Shown here piece by piece: positions 46,901 to 54,059 of a stretch of DNA of 64,000 bases. Source of the stretch: Bacillota bacterium (GTDB lineage: Bacteria > Bacillota > Sulfobacillia > JACIYH01). The stretch spans positions 28,751 to 92,750 of the forward strand of contig JBFLXJ010000033.1 of the NCBI GenBank assembly GCA_040757085.1, in the 5' to 3' direction. The notes beneath the pieces are model-generated. The model saw nothing but the letters and a program-made list of their open reading frames with translations. It made no database searches and was not told the origin of the DNA. A program made the position numbers and the translations under genes. Each line of letters opens with the position of its first letter. The stretch's first letter is position 1.

Positions 46901-47810
46901 TACGGTCGAAAACATCGCGCGCCCGCAGGCGACCCACTGCCTCCCCGGTACGGGGGTTGACCAGGTCGTACTCACGGTCTTCCCGCACCGCACGCATGAA
47001 CTCTTCCGTAATCCCCACCGAGATGTTGAAGTTGGTGATGTCGGCGTTGTCCTGCTTGCAGGTGATGAACTCCATAATGTCGGGGTGATCCACCCGCAAG
47101 ATACCCATATTCGCTCCGCGACGCGTGCCCCCTTGCTTTATGGCTTCGGTGGCGGCGTTGAATACCCGCATGAAGGACACCGGCCCGGAGGCAACGCCAC
47201 CGGTGGTACGCACCACGTCGTTCTTGGGGCGAAGCCGCGAGAAGCTCATGCCCGTGCCGCCCCCCGATTGGTGGATGAGGGCAGCATGTTTGATACTTTC
47301 AAAAATCCCCACCAGGGAGTCGTCCACGGGCAGGACGAAGCAGGCCGACAACTGGCTCAGTTCCCGCCCCGCATTCATCAGGGTGGGCGAGTTGAACATG
47401 AACCTCTTCTCCGTCATGGCGTCGTACAGCCGATCCTGGAAAGAGCGGATGCCGGCACTTTCTCGCTCCATCACCCTGGCCAGTTCGTCAAAAGGCACCC
47501 TCATGTGCCCGTGCCTGTCCAGCCATATGTAGGCGCGCTGCAACATCTCCCAATCCCAGCGGGTCAGTCCCTCCAGTACTCCCAGCCGCTCCGGCCACCC
47601 CGCCGGCGGAGTCCCCGGTTCGCCATGGGGAGTCTGACCTCCCTCGGGATCATATACCTCAACCAGATACAGACCTTCCACCAGTGCGATGTTCCGTGCT
47701 ACCCGCCGGAACAACTGCTCCGGAGTCTCCACCACCTTCCCGCTGGCATCCTTGGCCAGGTACCGCTTCCGCAACACCACCAGGCCGTTCTCACTCAACT
47801 GCAGTTCTGC
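43914..47810 (-). CDS. nrdJ: adenosylcobalamin-dependent (class II) ribonucleoside-diphosphate reductase, interrupted by an intein and carrying a C-terminal zinc-finger tail
   Basis: The N-terminus reads ENGLVVLRKRYLAKD. The catalytic region is FNSPTLMNAGRELSQLSACFVLPV. The catalytic loop STNP/CGEQPLLPYEACCLGSINLS is split by ~389 aa. The C-terminus has CPECGG...CLVCHFCGFSRCG. I prefer the GTG at 47810, 5 nt after GGGAGGGGAG. Confidence 0.85.
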   Translation of the reverse strand, partial: AELQLSENGLVVLRKRYLAKDASGKVVETPEQLFRRVARNIALVEGLYLVEVYDPEGGQTPHGEPGTPPAGWPERLGVLEGLTRWDWEMLQRAYIWLDRHGHMRVPFDELARVMERESAGIRSFQDRLYDAMTEKRFMFNSPTLMNAGRELSQLSACFVLPVDDSLVGIFESIKHAALIHQSGGGTGMSFSRLRPKNDVVRTTGGVASGPVSFMRVFNAATEAIKQGGTRRGANMGILRVDHPDIMEFITCKQDNADITNFNISVGITEEFMRAVREDREYDLVNPRTGEAVGRLRARDVFDRIVEGAWRNGEPGIVFLDRLNRDNPTPELGEIESTNPCVTGDTWVMTGEGPRQVRELVGRPFEAVINGVCYKTGKEGFFRTATRPVVRLSTREGYSVRLTADHRVLRLVDRARYRIGCEWVRAGELKPGDRIVLHDHRSLPGWTGELSEGEGYLLGLLAGDGVLKKNAAVLAVCSGEEASGGVAAGGGAVWEAVDGPPAHGGASAAMRLALGCAEAVPHRMDFTGWVPLTGCGDFRLNSAALEVLAGRMGMRPGAKAVSPEIERASSEGYRGFLRGLFDCAGSVQGSQEKGVSIRLSQSSLDLLRLVQRMLLRLGMVSTIHEERRPPAARLMPDGKGRAREYRGTTRHELVISGDNVAVFAERIGFGDSVKARKLALLLRACRRTLNRERFVATVLAVKEDGVEEVYDVRVPGVNAFDANGICAHNCGEQPLLPYEACCLGSINLSLAVRPGAESWEKLRVWDLRGEELLAYAREAIDWDELSRITRLGVRFLDNIIDANKYPLPEIEKMARGNRKIGLGVMGWADMLIKLGIPYDSSEALRLADEVMGFIHREAREATRQLARERGAFPNFSHSVFRDGPPVRNATLTTIAPTGTISIIAGCSSGIEPLFALAFFRKVLEGQQLVEVNPIFEEVARREGFYSPELMRLVAERGSVRGLPGVPERWQRVFVTALQIDPEWHIRMQAAFQTHTDNAVSKTVNMCNEATREDVAKVYFLAYELGCKGVTIYRDRSREEQVLNVGTVRKGEEPPGELPRQAELGRSQAVSGGVPGQVRVAPEEPVRAGGESAEERPAVGPVVREGAAEPRLAAAPAGGRGGITPRARPSVTHGSTERIRTGCGNLYVTINEDEYGLCEVFASMGKSGGCASSQSEAVARLISLALRSGVRPESVVKELRGIRCPSPAWVEGGGMVLSCPDAIGIVLERYLKRKAAARENTARESISPNPGSVGQHSWDQMAVSLDPVDNHMGACPECGGHLTHESGCLVCHFCGFSRCG
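45627..46793 (-). mobile_element. intein (~389 aa) with a LAGLIDADG homing-endonuclease domain, inserted at the catalytic cysteine codon of nrdJ
   Basis: The insert starts with CVTGDTWV and contains LTADHRV (a TxxH-like block). Two LAGLIDADG-like blocks are present, LLGLLAGDGVL and GFLRGLFDCAGSV. It ends VYDVRVPGVNAFDANGICAHN, directly before a Cys. The flanks rejoin as the canonical STNPCGEQPLL. Confidence 0.8.
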
Positions 47811-47875
47811 CACTTCATCTCCCCTCCCCGTCCGGGCCCAACTCGCCTGCCTCATCCACCCCCTTCTTCCGCACC

Positions 47876-48487
47876 CTACCCCCCGCCCGCGCCACGCCCG
47901 CAATCGCCACTGCCGGGCCCCCCGCCGTGCGCGCTGGCCCCGCTGCCGCCGCCCCCACTCCCGCCGCCGCTGCCGTGGACCCCGCTGCCGTGGCTCCCGC
48001 TGCCCCCAAGACCGGGCGCTTCCTGTCCGCACTCGCGCTCCCGCAGCAGGCGCTGCACCTCCTCGGCAAACCGCCTAAGGTCGGCAAACTGCCGGTACAC
48101 GGAGGCAAAACGCACATAGGCCACCTCGTCCAGCTCCCGCAGGTGCTCCATCACCATCTCGCCGATGACCCTTGACTCCACCTCCCGCTCCCCCCGGGAG
48201 CGTAATTCCTTCTCGATATCCTGGACCACCGCATGCAGGCGCTCCGAAGGCACCGGGCGCTTCTCACACGCCTTCAGCAAACCGGCCAGGATTTTGCCGG
48301 AGTCGAAGCGTTCCCGGCGTCCATCCTTCTTGACCACCACCAGGGGGGGCTCGTCCACCTTCTCGTAAGTCGTGAAGCGGCGGTGGCAATCCTCACACTC
48401 CCGCCGCCTCCGGATGACGGTCCCGTCCTCGGTGGGGCGAGAGTCCAGAACCCTGCTCTCGGGAAACCCGCAGTACGGACACTTCAC
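47876..48487 (-). CDS. nrdR: transcriptional repressor NrdR with a ~50-aa Gly/Ser-rich C-terminal tail
   Basis: A GTG at 48487 gives the canonical N-terminus MKCPYCG...SRVLDSR (zinc ribbon) followed by an ATP-cone. The tail reads [36 protein letters not shown]. Confidence 0.8.
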   Translation of the reverse strand: MKCPYCGFPESRVLDSRPTEDGTVIRRRRECEDCHRRFTTYEKVDEPPLVVVKKDGRRERFDSGKILAGLLKACEKRPVPSERLHAVVQDIEKELRSRGEREVESRVIGEMVMEHLRELDEVAYVRFASVYRQFADLRRFAEEVQRLLRERECGQEAPGLGGSGSHGSGVHGSGGGSGGGGSGASAHGGGPGSGDCGRGAGGG

Positions 48488-48578
48488 GGTAAACACCTCA
48501 GGGCAGCAAATCTGGTTGCGTGACGCAGGGACGCGCGGCGGTATCCGGCCTGGCGAGCCATACTACCGCACTAAAGTT

Positions 48579-48633
48579 TCACCCATATGTTGACCCGGCA
48601 CACACATTATACCACCATATTTGGGGCTGGCAA
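48579..48633 (-). promoter_or_regulatory. putative nrdR-nrdJ promoter (TTGCCA-16-TGgTATAAT) overlapped by two AT-rich repeats, candidate NrdR boxes
   Basis: Minus-strand reading gives TTGCCA (48633-48628), a 16-nt spacer, then TATAAT (48611-48606). The repeats CAAATATGGTGG (48624-48612) and CAACATATGGGTG (48591-48579) lie about 33 bp apart, centre to centre, in an AT-rich patch. Confidence 0.4.
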
Positions 48634-48699
48634 GCCCCCGCCAGGGACATGCTCGGCCAGCGAAGCGCAACCAGCGGCACCTCGCTGCACCGTGAGGGG

Positions 48700-49026
48700 T
48701 CAGGCTCGCTCGGGTTCGTCCTGGCGTTTCCCGCGTTCCCTCAGGCACACTCTCCCCAGCAGCACCCACTGCCTGCGCCCGGCCCCGCGATCCAGATACA
48801 GCCGAAAACGCTCCCCGTCCTCGGTCTCCACCTCGTAGCAGGTGCGGTGCCTCCTCTGATACCACTTCTTCCGAGTCGGAGCCGCCACACCAAAACCGTA
48901 ATCGTCCCACCGGGCCACCACTGCCTTCACCCGGTACTGCCGGCCCGCCCAGGTAAAGCTGATCGGCCGCTTCCACCCCGGCTCCTGAACCCATTCCACG
49001 CCCACCGGCCTGCCAATGAACTCCAT
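48700..49026 (-). CDS. conserved-looking small hypothetical protein (108 aa)
   Basis: The ORF reads WKRPISFTWAGRQYRVKAVVARWDDYGFG...RTCYEVETEDGERFRLYLD. The pattern is non-random and looks like a domain, but I cannot name the family. Confidence 0.45.
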   Translation of the reverse strand: MEFIGRPVGVEWVQEPGWKRPISFTWAGRQYRVKAVVARWDDYGFGVAAPTRKKWYQRRHRTCYEVETEDGERFRLYLDRGAGRRQWVLLGRVCLRERGKRQDEPERA

Positions 49027-49049
49027 GCTTCCATCCCCCGGCTGCCAAC

Positions 49050-49805
49050 TCAGCCGTGCTTTACGGACTTGCGGAGGTACAGGGCACTGACCTCGTTCAG
49101 GAATACCACCCGGGGATCATCCTCGGGGATGTCCCGGAGGGGCAATAATCCCTCTCCTTTCCGCCTGATGCCAGTATAACTCAGATCCTCCGGGCGGATG
49201 GTCACCAGTTTGACCTCGTGCTGCTCGCTAAGACCCCTCTTCATGAGGTCCCGTGCCATCGTTTGCCTGGCCTTGTCAGTATCCGGGTACGCTTCGGTCG
49301 GGCCGGAGTGCTGCGGGCCGTTGAATTCGAAGGCCACGCCACAGGTGTACCATCTATCATATTCCATCCTTTCGCCTGTTAGGGGGTTGACCAGGAAACC
49401 GGGGCGGGCGTTGTCGGTGTAATCATCCGAATCAACGGTCAGAGTGAGCCATTCCTTCATGATGGCCTCTCCCTTGAACTCCGCGCGGTCGAGCCGCCTC
49501 CGAATAAGGTCCAGATCCCGGCGGATGCGATCCAGCTCGACGTCGTGCAGGATGAACACCGTTCGCCTCGTGCGCCGCACATATTCGAACTCCAACCAGC
49601 CCCGCTCCGCCAACATCCGCAGGTAACTGCGCATGCTGGTCGGGCTACGGACGCCGACCATCTTCATGAGTTCTTCGCGCGTAGGTGAACACCGCCTGTT
49701 TGCCCGAGAGCAGAAACTGGCCAGCACCAGGTAAGTAACCTTGGCCTCGGGTGGCAACGCCGGATCCCTCACCAAACCAACTGGCACATACACCCAGTTG
49801 TGCAC
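49050..49805 (-). CDS. hypothetical protein with an N-terminal winged-HTH-like region and a C-terminal DUF559/Vsr-like (PD-(D/E)xK-fold) domain
   Basis: The wHTH-like part reads TYLVLASFCSRANRRCSPTREELMKMVGVRSPTSMRSYLRMLAERGWLEF. The C-terminal part reads GVAFEFNGPQH...DKARQTMARDLMKRG...EVKLVTIRPEDL and resembles DUF559, with N in place of the usual catalytic D. I prefer the GTG at 49805, 9 nt after GGGAGGCAAGGAGGG. Confidence 0.5.
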   Translation of the reverse strand: MHNWVYVPVGLVRDPALPPEAKVTYLVLASFCSRANRRCSPTREELMKMVGVRSPTSMRSYLRMLAERGWLEFEYVRRTRRTVFILHDVELDRIRRDLDLIRRRLDRAEFKGEAIMKEWLTLTVDSDDYTDNARPGFLVNPLTGERMEYDRWYTCGVAFEFNGPQHSGPTEAYPDTDKARQTMARDLMKRGLSEQHEVKLVTIRPEDLSYTGIRRKGEGLLPLRDIPEDDPRVVFLNEVSALYLRKSVKHG

Positions 49806-50002
49806 CTGGCACACCCCTCCTTGCCTCCCATAATTTAACACAGGCGCTGCCCTTTCCTCCCACACCGTCCAGACCGTCAGCCCGGTAACTGTGTTGTCCG
49901 GCAAAACACCGTCACCCAGGTGACACTACACCCCTGTATGCTTTACATAAAACCGGTCCCCCAGGTTATGTCCCCGGGTATGGCGCCCAACTGCCGCACA
50001 CC

Positions 50003-50051
50003 GTCAGCCGGCTGACAGTCCGGAACGCAGGAATACGGTCAGCTAGCTGAC
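50003..50051. repeat. two perfect 14-bp palindromes of one family, 21 nt apart, plus a nearby half-site
   Basis: GTCAGCCGGCTGAC is at 50003-50016 and GTCAGCTAGCTGAC at 50038-50051. A half-site GGTCAGCCGGC is at 50103-50113. They lie between sfsA and the wHTH/DUF559 gene. Confidence 0.5.
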
Positions 50052-50104
50052 TGCATGGCAGGCGCCGGATACCGGGGAACCGGCCGATGCCGGTGCCGAC
50101 GCGG

Positions 50105-50878
50105 TCAGCCGGCAGGCGGCACCGCGGACAGGCAAACCGGGAGGGGCTCGGCCAGCACGATTTCCTTCCGGGAGACGCGGCATTTTCCCGCCAGGACCAG
50201 GACGCCGCGACCAGCAGCATCGACCAGGGCAGCAGCAAAGGCGGGATCTGTATCGCGGTTGGGGGCAAAGCAGCATGCATCGGCGCGCTGAACCACAAAT
50301 ACCACTGCCGCCGCCGGTGCCAACCGGGCCAGTCCCTCCAGGTGACGCCTGCCCCGTACAGTCGGTGCATCCGGGAATAAGGCCACGCCGTGCCGCACCA
50401 GCGTCACCGACTTGCACTCGATCATCCAGCCGCCCACCGCCAGGTCGAACCGTCCCCGGCCCCAGGTGGGTTCCCTGACCAGCCTCCCCCACCCGGACGC
50501 GCCCAGCGCCTCCGCCACCAGCAGGGGAGGCAGGCGGGCGTCCACGCAAACCAGTCCTCCCCTGGACTCAACCAGGAGGAGGTCCGCCGCAGTTCGCCTA
50601 CCTCCACTTTCAGGCGGGGTATCCTGCCAAGCACCTGCAGGCGGCCACGCCTCAGCCCGAACGGAGCCCGCTACCGCCCGGCGCCCAATGCCTGCCGCTG
50701 CATGCAGCCAGCCCGGTGGAGCCAGCCAGACCCGGGCACCGGAGACGAGCAATTCGAGCAGCCGTCCGCTGTTGGGGACGTGCACCGGTATGATCCCATG
50801 GCCTGCGCTGACCCGGGCGGAAAACCGCGAAGTACGTTCGATAAACTGGCCGGGCAAAAGGTGGGGAGGAAGTTTCAT
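50105..50878 (-). CDS. sfsA: sugar fermentation stimulation protein A homologue
   Basis: FIERTSRFSARV at the N-terminus and the internal ECKSVTL...FPDAPTVRG are typical of SfsA. Confidence 0.7.
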   Translation of the reverse strand: MKLPPHLLPGQFIERTSRFSARVSAGHGIIPVHVPNSGRLLELLVSGARVWLAPPGWLHAAAGIGRRAVAGSVRAEAWPPAGAWQDTPPESGGRRTAADLLLVESRGGLVCVDARLPPLLVAEALGASGWGRLVREPTWGRGRFDLAVGGWMIECKSVTLVRHGVALFPDAPTVRGRRHLEGLARLAPAAAVVFVVQRADACCFAPNRDTDPAFAAALVDAAGRGVLVLAGKCRVSRKEIVLAEPLPVCLSAVPPAG

Positions 50879-51447
50879 CCGGAAGACCGCGGCCGCCGGG
50901 TGAATCCGTATTCGCCGAGCAGGGGGCCGAGGGCGTAATACCCTTCCAGGGCGTAGACCGGGGGAGCCACCCGGGCCGGATCAATGAGCCCCTCTACCAC
51001 TACGTCCGGATCGGCGCGGACGGCCAGCACCCGCCCCACGAATAGTTCGTGACTCCCCAAGGGAACCCGTTGCTCCACCCGGCACTCGAGGTTCACGGGG
51101 AATTCTGCCACCAGGGGGGCCGCCACCCGGGAACCGGCCACCGGAGTAAGCCCGAGGGCGGAAAACTTGTTCACGTCGCGCCCGGACCTGGTACCGCAGA
51201 AGTCAGCCAGGTGAAGCTGGTCTGCCCGGGGGATGTTGACGGTGAACTCCCCCCGGTCGGCCAGGATGCGGTAGGAATGGCGATCGGTGCGCACAGAAAT
51301 GCCCACCATGGGAGGCCGTGAACACAGGGTCCCCACCAGGGCCAGCGTCACCAGGTTGGGATTCTGCATGTCCCCCACCGAAACCACTACCACGGGCAGG
51401 GGAAACAGCCAGGTACCCACTTCCAGTTCGACCTTTCCTGCCACCAT
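50875..51447 (-). CDS. flavin reductase-like (FMN-binding split-barrel) protein
   Basis: LFPLPVVVVSVGD...PNLVTLALVG matches the flavin_reduct domain pattern. The ATG at 51447 is chosen over the upstream extension. Confidence 0.6.
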   Translation of the reverse strand: MVAGKVELEVGTWLFPLPVVVVSVGDMQNPNLVTLALVGTLCSRPPMVGISVRTDRHSYRILADRGEFTVNIPRADQLHLADFCGTRSGRDVNKFSALGLTPVAGSRVAAPLVAEFPVNLECRVEQRVPLGSHELFVGRVLAVRADPDVVVEGLIDPARVAPPVYALEGYYALGPLLGEYGFTRRPRSSG

Positions 51448-51620
51448 GGGCAGACCTCCTTTCCGATGCGGAATGGGAGCCGCCGGAGCCCAGGCGCACC
51501 ACAGGCAAAATCGGCACCCGGAGCAGGACTGCGGTGTCAGAGGGGCGAAGTCCCAAGCATGCATATCGCCCCCGGGTCCGCACGTGAGCGCCTGCCGCGG
51601 GGGAAATGGAGGTGGCGCCG

Positions 51621-54059
51621 ATGCGACTGGTGCTGGGCGTCGACGCGGGGGCTACCAAGACCCTGGCGGTGGTGGCTGACCTGGCCGGCCAGGTCAGGGG
51701 CTGGGGCCGGGCAGGATGCGGGAACTTTCAGGTAACCGGGACCCGGGCACCCCGCGAGATAAGCCGGGCCATCCGCCGGGCCTTGGCCATGGCCGGTGCG
51801 GGGCCTTCCCACGTAGTCGCCGCCTACTACGGCATAGCAGGGGCGGACCGGCCAGCCGACTTTGCCTATATCCATTCTTTCCTGGAACCCATCAACCCTG
51901 CCCCGCGCTGGGAAGTGGAGAACGATGCCACCATCGCCCTCGTTGCCGCCACCCGGCGCCGCCTGGGCGTGGTGGTGGCATGCGGGACCGGATTCAACTG
52001 CCTGGCATTCCACCCCGGCGGGACCCGCCTGCAGGTGGGGGGACTGGGTTACATCTTCGGCGACTTCGCGGGGGCAGGCCAGATCGGCGCCGAAGTGATC
52101 CGGGCAGCCACCCGGGCATACGACGGGCGGGGCCCGGCCACCGCCCTGCTCGATCTCCTCAGGCAGCAAATTGACCTGGACGACCCCTCCGACCTGGCAC
52201 CCATGATGTACGGGGCAGCAACCCGCTCCTTGCACCCGGGGGAACTGGCTCCCCTGGCCTTCCGGGCCGCCGCCGCAGGCGATCCGGTGGCGCACGAGAT
52301 CCTGCACCGCACGGCCGAGGAGATGGCCCTGGCCACAAAGGTTGCCATCGAGCGGGCAAGACTCCACACCCTCCCCAGCGTGCCGGTAGTCCTGGCCGGG
52401 GCACTGCTGCAGGGCGAACCGGGCCGGTTGCTGGTCCCCATTATGACCGGTATGATCACTAGCGCCTGTCCCCAGGCGGAGATCCACGTCCTGCAGACGG
52501 AACCCGCGCTGGGTGCGGTGATAGCGGCGCTGGAACTGGCCGGAGTACAGGTTGACGACTCCCTCTCCCGGACGCTGCAGTCCACCTGGGCGAGCCGCAC
52601 ACGGTCCCGCGCCGGCGCAAACGGGACTGCAGATGGCCCCCAGCCGCTGCCGGGGACGAACGGCAGCGCGGAGGCCCGCACCCTGGATGGGCCGAGGGCG
52701 GAGCGAGGCCTCAAGGTGGCGGTGGTAGGCGGGGGGAGCACATACACTCCCGAACTGGTATCAGGACTGGTGGAAGCCAGGGACGCCTTCCCCCTGCGCG
52801 AGCTTGCCCTCATGGACCCCGATTATGCACGGTTGGAGGCGGTGGGAGGACTGGCGGGGCGCATGCTTGAGGACGCCGGCCTGGGAAATGCCCTCCGTCT
52901 TGTCAGCACCCTCGAGGAAGCCCTGTCAGGTGCAGACTTCGTAATCGTGCAGGTGCGGGTCGGGGGGATGACAGCCCGGATGCTGGACGAGCGCCTCCCG
53001 CTGGAACTCGGCTGCATCGGGCAGGAGACGGTGGGAGCGGGCGGGATCTCCTGTGCCCTGCGTACCGTCCCGGTGATCCTGAACATCGCCCGCCAGGTGG
53101 AGCGGCTCTGTCCCGCGGCATGGCTCATCAACTTCACCAATCCCTCCGGGCTGATCACCGAGGCCCTGTACCGCCACGCCGACGTACGGGCGGTGGGCCT
53201 GTGCAACGTCCCCATCACCATGACGAAGGCCCTGGCCGGCACCGCAGGCGTGGATGCGACAGGCCAGCAGGCGCCCCCTGAAGGCAGAGACGGGGAAAGC
53301 CTGCAGGTCGACCAGCCAGGAGTAGATGCAGGAAGGCTGCACGTGGACTACCGGGGCCTGAATCACCTGGGGTGGTTCGTGGGGGTCCGGGACGGCCACG
53401 GCCGGGACCTCATGCCGATCATTCTGTCCCGCTACCTGGAACAGGTGGCAGAACACACCAGGGTGGACTCCGACCTGATCACCGCCTGGAGAGCCATACC
53501 CAACCCCTATCTGCGTTACTATTGCCACCCTGACCGTGTGCTGGCCGAGATGAAGGCGTCCGCTCGCACCCGGGCAGAGGAGGTCATCGACCTGGAAAGG
53601 CACCTCCTGGAGATATACAGGAATCCCGCCGTCCGCCAACGCCCTCCCGAGCTGGACAGGCGGGGAGGCGCTTTCTATGCCCTCGCCGCAGTGGAACTGA
53701 TGCTGTCTCTGGCCGGGATACGGCCGGGGGAGCACGTGGTCTCCGTACCGCATGAAGGAAGGATGTCCGACCTCCCCCCCGATGCGGTGGCCGAACTGAC
53801 CTGCCACGTGGACCGCGACCAGATCACCCCGGCGGTGGAAGGGGGCCTGCCGCCGGGCACAGCCGGACTGGTACGCACGGTCAAGGAGTGCGAATTACTG
53901 GCCATAGAAGCCGCAGTCAAGGGATCCCGCCCCCTCGCCTACCTCGCCCTCGCTTCCCACCCCCTGGTCCCCTCCGCCCAGGTAGCCCGGCAACTCCTCG
54001 ATCGCCTCCTGGCCGCCCACGCCGCATACCTGCCACCCGGCCTGCAGCCACGCCGCTAG
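51621..54059 (+). CDS. fusion protein: N-terminal BadF/BadG/BcrA/BcrD-type ATPase (N-acetylglucosamine-kinase-like) and C-terminal family 4 glycoside hydrolase
   Basis: The N-terminus LVLGVDAGATKTLAVV is an ASKHA-fold ATPase. After a low-complexity linker, KVAVVGGGSTYTPELV is the GH4 NAD-binding N-terminus, and CNVPITM...GLNHLGW follows. The ATG at 51621 sits 7 nt after GGAGGTGG. No stop separates the two domains. Confidence 0.7.
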   Translation: MRLVLGVDAGATKTLAVVADLAGQVRGWGRAGCGNFQVTGTRAPREISRAIRRALAMAGAGPSHVVAAYYGIAGADRPADFAYIHSFLEPINPAPRWEVENDATIALVAATRRRLGVVVACGTGFNCLAFHPGGTRLQVGGLGYIFGDFAGAGQIGAEVIRAATRAYDGRGPATALLDLLRQQIDLDDPSDLAPMMYGAATRSLHPGELAPLAFRAAAAGDPVAHEILHRTAEEMALATKVAIERARLHTLPSVPVVLAGALLQGEPGRLLVPIMTGMITSACPQAEIHVLQTEPALGAVIAALELAGVQVDDSLSRTLQSTWASRTRSRAGANGTADGPQPLPGTNGSAEARTLDGPRAERGLKVAVVGGGSTYTPELVSGLVEARDAFPLRELALMDPDYARLEAVGGLAGRMLEDAGLGNALRLVSTLEEALSGADFVIVQVRVGGMTARMLDERLPLELGCIGQETVGAGGISCALRTVPVILNIARQVERLCPAAWLINFTNPSGLITEALYRHADVRAVGLCNVPITMTKALAGTAGVDATGQQAPPEGRDGESLQVDQPGVDAGRLHVDYRGLNHLGWFVGVRDGHGRDLMPIILSRYLEQVAEHTRVDSDLITAWRAIPNPYLRYYCHPDRVLAEMKASARTRAEEVIDLERHLLEIYRNPAVRQRPPELDRRGGAFYALAAVELMLSLAGIRPGEHVVSVPHEGRMSDLPPDAVAELTCHVDRDQITPAVEGGLPPGTAGLVRTVKECELLAIEAAVKGSRPLAYLALASHPLVPSAQVARQLLDRLLAAHAAYLPPGLQPRR

